A program made the position numbers and the translations under genes. The notes beneath the pieces were generated by a model that saw only the letters and a program-made list of their open reading frames with translations, did no database searches and was not told where the DNA came from. Source: Leptolyngbyaceae cyanobacterium (lineage in GTDB: Bacteria; Cyanobacteriota; Cyanobacteriia; Phormidesmidales; Phormidesmidaceae). From it: DNA of 64,000 bases. The stretch spans positions 1,184,001 through 1,248,000 of the forward strand of contig CBDHHL010000032.1 in assembly GCA_965263355.1 (NCBI GenBank), given 5' to 3'. Of this stretch, positions 57,731 to 64,000 are shown piece after piece (the stretch's first letter is position 1; each line of letters begins with the position of its first letter).

Positions 57731-57765
57731 GAACTGAGATGATTCCTGGTGGTCAATTACCAGGA

Positions 57766-58776
57766 CTAGGCCAAAACAGCTTTACCAGCGCCAGCCAAAG
57801 AATCAGTCAAACGCTCGTAGGTAGATCGCATCTTTAACCCTACAAGGATCTGGAACAAACCTGTACCATTGTTGGAACCTGGGTATTCCCGGTGCTTTAG
57901 CAATAGTTCAGTCATTTCACCATATCTGCGGGTAGAGATGTTGCTGAGATGCTCTTCAACATAAATTAGCTCTTCTAGCTTTTCGAACTGGCCATCAATT
58001 TCCAGAACGGATACTTCGTTACCCATATAGGTATCAGGCCCGTAAGCCATACGGATACCTGGATAGGAGCAAGTTAGCTTACGGCCACAGGGTACCCAAT
58101 CAATAGTGGACCCTTCATCGAACAGGTAGGCAGGCTGAAGACCTTCCACACCTTCCTTTTGAATCATCTGTACCCGCAAGATCTTGCGGTCTTTGTCGTC
58201 TTTAATCAGATTAGTTGGTAGAACCTGCAAAACGACATCAGCATACTGCTTCTGAACATCAATGTAGGCTTCAAAGTCAGGTTTACGGGCTTGAATAGAT
58301 GCCAAAACATCCTCATAGGTATGGCCCCGCTCTGCCATATCACGCTGAATTTTCCAAGCAATCTTGACTTCATCACTGATGTCAAGATAAACACTGAAAT
58401 CAAGCAGATCGCGTACTCGCTCATCGTAGAGAGGATGAAGTCCCTCAATGACGACAACATGGTTGGGGTCGATGCGCTCAGGCGGATCGATCATGCCAGT
58501 TTCGTGATTATAAATTGGCTTATCGATTGGACTTCCTGACTTAAGAGCTTTGATTTGCTCATACATCAGATCGAAATTATTTGCCTTAGGATTGAGGGCC
58601 GTCACCCCAGCTTCTTTGCGTTGCTTACGATCTAGACTGTGATAGTCATCCAGACAGATGACAGTCATAAACTCTTCGCCGAAAAGATCGCTGAGGCGCT
58701 TCAAAAACGTAGATTTTCCACATCCTGAATCACCGGCAACACCAATTAGAACCACGCGGTCGGGCTGACTGGTCAT
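57766..58776 (-). CDS. prk: Phosphoribulokinase
   Basis: GVAGDSGCGKSTF, ICLDDYHSLDR, KIQRDMAERGH, PGSNNGTG. Confidence 0.97.
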   Translation of the reverse strand: MTSQPDRVVLIGVAGDSGCGKSTFLKRLSDLFGEEFMTVICLDDYHSLDRKQRKEAGVTALNPKANNFDLMYEQIKALKSGSPIDKPIYNHETGMIDPPERIDPNHVVVIEGLHPLYDERVRDLLDFSVYLDISDEVKIAWKIQRDMAERGHTYEDVLASIQARKPDFEAYIDVQKQYADVVLQVLPTNLIKDDKDRKILRVQMIQKEGVEGLQPAYLFDEGSTIDWVPCGRKLTCSYPGIRMAYGPDTYMGNEVSVLEIDGQFEKLEELIYVEEHLSNISTRRYGEMTELLLKHREYPGSNNGTGLFQILVGLKMRSTYERLTDSLAGAGKAVLA

Positions 58777-59103
58777 GGAATCCTCTTAATGAAAACAGTT
58801 AACAAATTTATGCGAAACCAATCAACGAGTCTATGAACCGTGACTCAGTTGGGTATCAGCAGTGGGTTTTGAACGTTGCAAAAGTTAAAATTTATCCTAT
58901 CAGAATCTGTAGCCTTTTGAAAGACTGGTTGACGGCTCTCATTTGTGAATGGTCAGAGTAGGCATATCTAAAGTATAGAGGTGTGTTCATTAACAATACT
59001 TGATAGCCTGGTAAAGCCTGAGGCAGACAAAATTGTGTGTGAATTTATGGCTTTTAACGTGAGTCAGTCCGCTAACCTCGTATTAATATTTTTTTGATCA
59101 ACC

Positions 59104-59688
59104 ATGGCCGTTTCTAAAGCAACTGTTTCTTCTGATGGAACTGAGAAGGATACTTTTCTGCATCGCGAAATTTTAGGGGCTCGCCGCTGGAGTAACTATT
59201 GGTGGGCTACTGTAACAACGATTGGCGGAACCGGTTTTTTATTAGCTGGTTTCTCTAGTTATACGGGGTTTAATCTGCTACCGTTTGCAGATCCTACCCA
59301 GCTAATCTTTATTCCTCAGGGGATTGTGATGTGTTTTTATGGCACAGTGGCCCTACTGCTATCCCTCTATCTCTGGTTGATTTGTGCTTGGAATGTGGGT
59401 GGGGGATTCAATCGTTTTGATAAAGCTGTCCAGGAGGTTCAGATCTTTCGATGGGGATTTCCTGGGAAGAATCGTGAAATTGACTTCAAGTATCCTTTGG
59501 CGTCGGTTACAGCGATACGTGTTGATATCCGAGAAGGCTTGAATCCTAAACGAGTGCTCTACCTTAAGGTCAAGGGTAAAGGTGATATTCCCCTGACTCG
59601 GGTAGGCCAACCAATGTCACTGGCAGCTGTGGAAAATCAAGGAGCTGAACTGGCTCGATTTCTGCAGGTTCCCCTAGAAGGGTTGTAG
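59104..59688 (+). CDS. ycf4: Photosystem I assembly protein Ycf4
   Basis: GARRWSNYWWA, PQGIVMCFYG, FRWGFPGKNR, IPLTRVG, AELARFLQVPLEG. Confidence 0.96.
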   Translation: MAVSKATVSSDGTEKDTFLHREILGARRWSNYWWATVTTIGGTGFLLAGFSSYTGFNLLPFADPTQLIFIPQGIVMCFYGTVALLLSLYLWLICAWNVGGGFNRFDKAVQEVQIFRWGFPGKNREIDFKYPLASVTAIRVDIREGLNPKRVLYLKVKGKGDIPLTRVGQPMSLAAVENQGAELARFLQVPLEGL

Positions 59689-59781
59689 TGATTAGTGCAG
59701 ATTCAGTATGGGCTATCCCTATTGAAAAGCAAGGTTCCCTGTGACAAGATATGTTGCCTTTAGTCAACGAAGGAATTAATC

Positions 59782-60534
59782 ATGGTTTTCGGTTTCCGGA
59801 TGAAATGGGCCATCGGTTTAGTCGTGGCCTTGTTTATGGTGAGCTGTACAGCCGGGGCTACTGATTCGTCGTCGGAGTCGCCGGCTACACCGGTAGCACC
59901 TGCTGAATCCACGGAGTTAACGCTAACGTCTGTACCCACAGGGTTAGCCCAGCTGAATGGGACTGCGACGGTTGAGTTGGTGGTCAATGGAGAGCGAATT
60001 TTAGTTGAAGTTGATGGAACTCAAGCGCCGATTACGGCGGGTAATTTTGTTGATCTAGTGGCGAGGGGTGTCTACGACGGCACTGTATTTCACCGGGTTG
60101 TGCGGGATCCTCAACCGTTTGTAGTTCAGGGGGGAGACCCGCAGAGTAAAGATCCGTCTGTACCCGTGCAGCGATTGGGGACTGGCGGGTTTGTAGACCC
60201 GGATACTGGGGAAAAACGTGTTATTCCTTTGGAAATTACTCCTGAGGGGGCCGATCAGCCGATTTATAGTCAAACTTTGGCAACCGCAGTTGGGACAGCT
60301 AAACCTGTTCTAAAGCATACGCATGGAGCAGTGGCTATGGCCCGTTCGCAGTTTCCTGATTCGGCCTCGTCGCAGTTTTATTTCGCCCTGGCAGATTTAC
60401 CCTTTTTAGATGGTAGCTATGCTGTGTTTGGCTATGTGACTGAGGGGTTGGATGTGGTGGATGCAGTTCAGCAAGGGGATGTGCTTGAATCTGCCACGGT
60501 GATTGAGGGCATGGACAATCTGGTAACTGAATAG
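59782..60534 (+). CDS. Cyclophilin-type peptidyl-prolyl isomerase (lipoprotein-like signal)
   Basis: APITAGNFVDLV, FHRVV..FVVQGGDP, GAVAMARS, ASSQFY, YAVFGYV. Confidence 0.92.
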   Translation: MVFGFRMKWAIGLVVALFMVSCTAGATDSSSESPATPVAPAESTELTLTSVPTGLAQLNGTATVELVVNGERILVEVDGTQAPITAGNFVDLVARGVYDGTVFHRVVRDPQPFVVQGGDPQSKDPSVPVQRLGTGGFVDPDTGEKRVIPLEITPEGADQPIYSQTLATAVGTAKPVLKHTHGAVAMARSQFPDSASSQFYFALADLPFLDGSYAVFGYVTEGLDVVDAVQQGDVLESATVIEGMDNLVTE

Positions 60535-60563
60535 TTTTTGGGCAGGGGCTGTAAGTTTACTGA

Positions 60564-61682
60564 ATGGTTGATGTCGATATTACCGGCATTGGTTTGTGGA
60601 CGGCTTTGGGGCCAACAGCTTGGGTAACTTGGATCAGTCTACTATCGGGTAAAAGTGCAATCTCACTCCGTCAACCCTTTCATTCCTTGCCTGTTATGCC
60701 TATGGCTATGGCTGGTAAGCTGCCTGTAGATCCCGAAGATATAGTCCTTGCAGTTATTAAAGCTGCCATGGCTGATGCCGGACTCGTGACACCTCAGCCG
60801 GATTGTGGCGTGGTGGTGGGCTCTAGCCGCAGTTATTTAAATCGTTGGGAAGCGATGGCACGGGGGGAGTTAACTCTGGCTGATTGGCTGCCTGCGTTAC
60901 CCTGTGGGTTATCGAGTCGGGTTGCCCAAATGCTTGCCAGTCAGGGGCCTGCACTTGCCCCGATGGCGGCTTGTGCTACGGGGCTTTGGGCCTTGTTTCA
61001 AGGCTATATGCTGCTCCAGGCAAGCCAGTGCCAGCGGGTGATTGTGGCGGCAGTGGATGCACCCATTACCCCCTTAACTCTAACGGGCTTTCGACGGATG
61101 AAAGCGATGGCCTTAGAGGGCTGCTATCCGTTTGATCTAGATCGCGATGGATTAGTCCTTGGGGAAGGAGCAGCGGCTGTAATTTTAGAGACTAGGGAAA
61201 CAACCCGGCGCAAATTTTCCTATGGTCAAATTCTAGGATTTGGCCTCAGTAATGATGCGTATCACATTAGTTCCTCCCAGCAGAGTGGCACCCTGGCTGT
61301 AGCGCGACAATGCTTGCAACGTAGTGGTTTACACCCAGCAGACATTGACTATATCCATACCCATGGTACGGGCACTCGACTCAATGATGCTAATGAGGCT
61401 TATATGATTCAGCAGCTCTTTCCTGACGCTGCTGTCAGTTCAACTAAGGGTGCCACGGGCCATACTCTAGGCGCGGCAGGCTTAATTGGTATGGTGTTTA
61501 GCCTGCTTAGTCTCAAGCATCAGTGTTTACCTCCTTGTGTCGGTCTCAAGCGGCCTGAGTTTGAGCTTGATTTTGTACTGCCTGGCTCTCCCCGATATGG
61601 CCCTTTGAACTATGGGCTATGCAGCAGTTTTGGGTTTGGTGGGCAAAATGCCATTGTTGCGATCGCCCAATCGCGGACTTGA
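60564..61682 (+). CDS. Beta-ketoacyl-ACP synthase (FabF-like paralog)
   Basis: ACATG (catalytic Cys), HTHGTGT.LND, STKGATGHTLGA, SFGFGGQN. Confidence 0.88.
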   Translation: MVDVDITGIGLWTALGPTAWVTWISLLSGKSAISLRQPFHSLPVMPMAMAGKLPVDPEDIVLAVIKAAMADAGLVTPQPDCGVVVGSSRSYLNRWEAMARGELTLADWLPALPCGLSSRVAQMLASQGPALAPMAACATGLWALFQGYMLLQASQCQRVIVAAVDAPITPLTLTGFRRMKAMALEGCYPFDLDRDGLVLGEGAAAVILETRETTRRKFSYGQILGFGLSNDAYHISSSQQSGTLAVARQCLQRSGLHPADIDYIHTHGTGTRLNDANEAYMIQQLFPDAAVSSTKGATGHTLGAAGLIGMVFSLLSLKHQCLPPCVGLKRPEFELDFVLPGSPRYGPLNYGLCSSFGFGGQNAIVAIAQSRT

Positions 61683-61903
61683 GACCCTTCGAGCTTGAAC
61701 ATCGCCATAGTCGATGCCCCTGGTTAACAGATTAGAGCGCTAAACTGAGTATGTTGATTAAGCGGAGATTGTCAAGCTGCTGGTCAATGGCCGGTTATGA
61801 ACCACGTTCAAGTTGAAACCTGTAGAGTCTTTACCGGAAAAACTCTAGTTCTGGACGTGGCCAAGTTTCATTAGCTCCATTTTTAGTTCTACGTCCTCTG
61901 TAT

Positions 61904-63820
61904 ATGAATAAATCCACCTCCCCATCGTCTCCTCACGTTCCGTTTAGACGTCGTACCATCCGTACGCTAGCGACTGGATGGTTTTTACTCCAGAGTCTGA
62001 TCGCAGCTCCTTTGGTGGCGATTCAACCCGTTGCTGCCCAGGCTGAGGGGAATGATGAAACTCCAATTACCTATGGCCAGCTATTACAAAAGCTAGATCA
62101 GGGTGAGGTACAGGAAGTTGAGCTGGATAACCTGCGTGGAGTGGCCCATGTCCGCCTGAAAGGGGATCAGGAAAATGAACCTCTACAACCGGTAGCTTTA
62201 TTTGCAAACGATATTTACAATCAGCATCTGTTGCAAAAGCTACGTAGCAGTGATGTTGACTATAAGGTTAGGGAAAATTCGGATAACAGCGCGCTGACAG
62301 GATTAGCGGTTAATGCCTTACTGGCGCTGATTGTTGTATTTGCGCTACTAATGATTTTGCGCCGGTCTGCCAACTCTGCCAGTGGAGCAATGAACTTTGG
62401 CCGTTCCCGTGCCCGATTTCAAATGGAAGCCAAAACTGGGGTGATGTTTGATGATGTGGCAGGCATTGAAGAAGCCAAGGAAGAATTGCAAGAAGTTGTT
62501 ACTTTTCTCAAAAATCCTGAGAAATTTACCGCGATTGGTGCCCGTATTCCTAAGGGGGTATTGCTGGTAGGTCAACCAGGTACTGGTAAAACCCTCTTAG
62601 CTAAAGCGATTGCTGGTGAAGCTGGCGTGCCATTTTTTAGCATTTCGGGGTCTGAGTTTGTCGAAATGTTTGTGGGTGTGGGGGCTTCCCGCGTACGCGA
62701 TCTGTTTAAAAAAGCCAAGGAAAATTCCCCTTGTATCGTCTTCATTGATGAAATTGATGCCGTTGGTCGTCAGCGTGGTGCTGGAATTGGTGGTGGTAAT
62801 GACGAGCGTGAACAAACTCTCAATCAGTTACTGACCGAAATGGATGGATTTGAAGGCAATAGCGGCATCATTGTAATTGCTGCTACCAATCGCCCTGATG
62901 TGTTAGACGCGGCTCTGTTGCGTCCAGGTAGATTTGACCGACAAATAACCGTTGATTTACCCAGCTATAAAGGTCGGCTGGGGATTTTAGATGTACATGC
63001 ACGGGACAAAAAAATAGCGGATGATGTCAATCTAGAAGCGATTGCCCGTCGTACCCCTGGATTTTCTGGGGCTCAATTGGCCAACTTGCTCAATGAAGCA
63101 GCTATTTTAACGGCTCGTCGTCGCAAAGATGCTGTCACCATGGAAGAAATTGATGATGCCATCGACCGTTTAACCATTGGCCTGACCCTGACACCTCTGC
63201 TTGACAGCAAAAAAAAGCGACTAATTGCTTATCATGAAGTTGGCCATGCCCTGGTAAGCACAATGCTGAAGCATTCAGATCCATTAGCTAAGGTGACGAT
63301 TATTCCTCGTTCCGGTGGTATAGGTGGATTTGCTAGCTATTTACCCAAAGAAGACCGAGTCGATGATGGTTTGATCTCCTATGCTGAGCTAGTCGACCGG
63401 ATCACCATGGCCTTAGGGGGGCGAGCTGCCGAAGAAATCGTCTTTGGGCCAGATGAAGTCACCCAAGGTGCGGCTAACGATATTCAACAGGTTACTAATA
63501 TTGCTCGTCAAATGATTACCCGTTTTGGTATGTCCGAGCTTGGATCATTTGCGATGGAATCCCCTAGCAGTGCCATATTCCTGGGACGTAGCGACCTGAT
63601 GCAGCGTTCAGAATACTCTGATGAAATGGCTGCCAAGATTGATCAGCGTGTGCGGGAAATTGCGATGACGGCCTATACTAAAGCCCGCTCAATACTAAAA
63701 AATAACCGTTCTTTGCTAGACCGATTAGTAGACCGGCTAGTGGAGAAAGAAACTATTGATGGTGAGGAGTTTCGTGGCATTGTCAGTGAATACGTAGACC
63801 TACCTGCCACCACTCAGTAA
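61904..63820 (+). CDS. ftsH: ATP-dependent zinc metalloprotease FtsH
   Basis: [29 protein letters not shown]. Confidence 0.97.
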   Translation: MNKSTSPSSPHVPFRRRTIRTLATGWFLLQSLIAAPLVAIQPVAAQAEGNDETPITYGQLLQKLDQGEVQEVELDNLRGVAHVRLKGDQENEPLQPVALFANDIYNQHLLQKLRSSDVDYKVRENSDNSALTGLAVNALLALIVVFALLMILRRSANSASGAMNFGRSRARFQMEAKTGVMFDDVAGIEEAKEELQEVVTFLKNPEKFTAIGARIPKGVLLVGQPGTGKTLLAKAIAGEAGVPFFSISGSEFVEMFVGVGASRVRDLFKKAKENSPCIVFIDEIDAVGRQRGAGIGGGNDEREQTLNQLLTEMDGFEGNSGIIVIAATNRPDVLDAALLRPGRFDRQITVDLPSYKGRLGILDVHARDKKIADDVNLEAIARRTPGFSGAQLANLLNEAAILTARRRKDAVTMEEIDDAIDRLTIGLTLTPLLDSKKKRLIAYHEVGHALVSTMLKHSDPLAKVTIIPRSGGIGGFASYLPKEDRVDDGLISYAELVDRITMALGGRAAEEIVFGPDEVTQGAANDIQQVTNIARQMITRFGMSELGSFAMESPSSAIFLGRSDLMQRSEYSDEMAAKIDQRVREIAMTAYTKARSILKNNRSLLDRLVDRLVEKETIDGEEFRGIVSEYVDLPATTQ

Positions 63821-63875
63821 GCCTAGCCAAGATTTAACGCATAGGCTCCCGTCCACTGAACTGTCAACTTAATAG

Positions 63876-63899
63876 GTGCCCTTGACTTTACAGGGGCAC
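63876..63899 (+). terminator. Hairpin downstream of ftsH
   Basis: gtgcccttg-acttta-caggggcac followed by ttt. Confidence 0.55.
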
Positions 63900-64000
63900 T
63901 TCACCGCTTAACCCTAAGCGCGATTTTAGATTTAACTATGAGCCTTCAACCTTTAGCTCAGCAGGATGGTTACTTATTCGATGGGCTCACCATCTAAAAG

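Larger units (their letters stand above)
4..61666. repeat. Dispersed HIP1 octamers (GCGATCGC, often TGCGATCGCA)
   Basis: More than 20 copies seen by eye (e.g. 4, 1786, 3602, 4961, 7165, 13004, 21072, 25482, 33831, 38821, 49411, 55871, 61659); none noticed within 25700-28764. Confidence 0.9.

Noticed and set aside
1..64000. tRNA, rRNA, intact IS transposase, integrase or reverse transcriptase
   Set aside because: No diagnostic motifs noticed on either strand or in the ORF track; not confirmed with software.

Overview
Chromosomal window from a cyanobacterium. The evidence is the frequent HIP1 octamer GCGATCGC, prk, ycf4, a devBCA-type ABC exporter, rnpB next to rnc, Uma2 and Rpn/DUF4351 nucleases, and heptamer STRR-like repeats. 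A filamentous, Leptolyngbya-like lineage is my inference. The right half (~31.9-64 kb) is mostly conserved housekeeping: GT2, GNAT, RibD-like, sensor kinase, Gfo/Idh/MocA, rnc, rnpB, ZIP, flotillin/NfeD operon, EF-G paralog, devBCCA, holB, tmk, FHA, prk, ycf4, cyclophilin, FabF-like, ftsH. The left half (1-31 kb) is accessory and eroding, with at least six deletion scars, small dispersed repeats and an attC-like element. Most interesting is 22.7-30.5 kb, where a receiver-thioredoxin-reductase-like fusion lacking CxxC and a cNMP-domain histidine kinase are separated by a stack of nuclease/defence-like genes (YhcG, ABC-ATPase + TOPRIM-like protein, Uma2). A diverged copy of the reductase 3' end lies just after yhcG, and the coding strand there is strongly G-over-C skewed, which suggests gene capture by 3'-end replacement. 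I saw no CRISPR array, tRNA, rRNA or intact integrase/transposase. All family assignments are from motif recognition by eye, not database searches.
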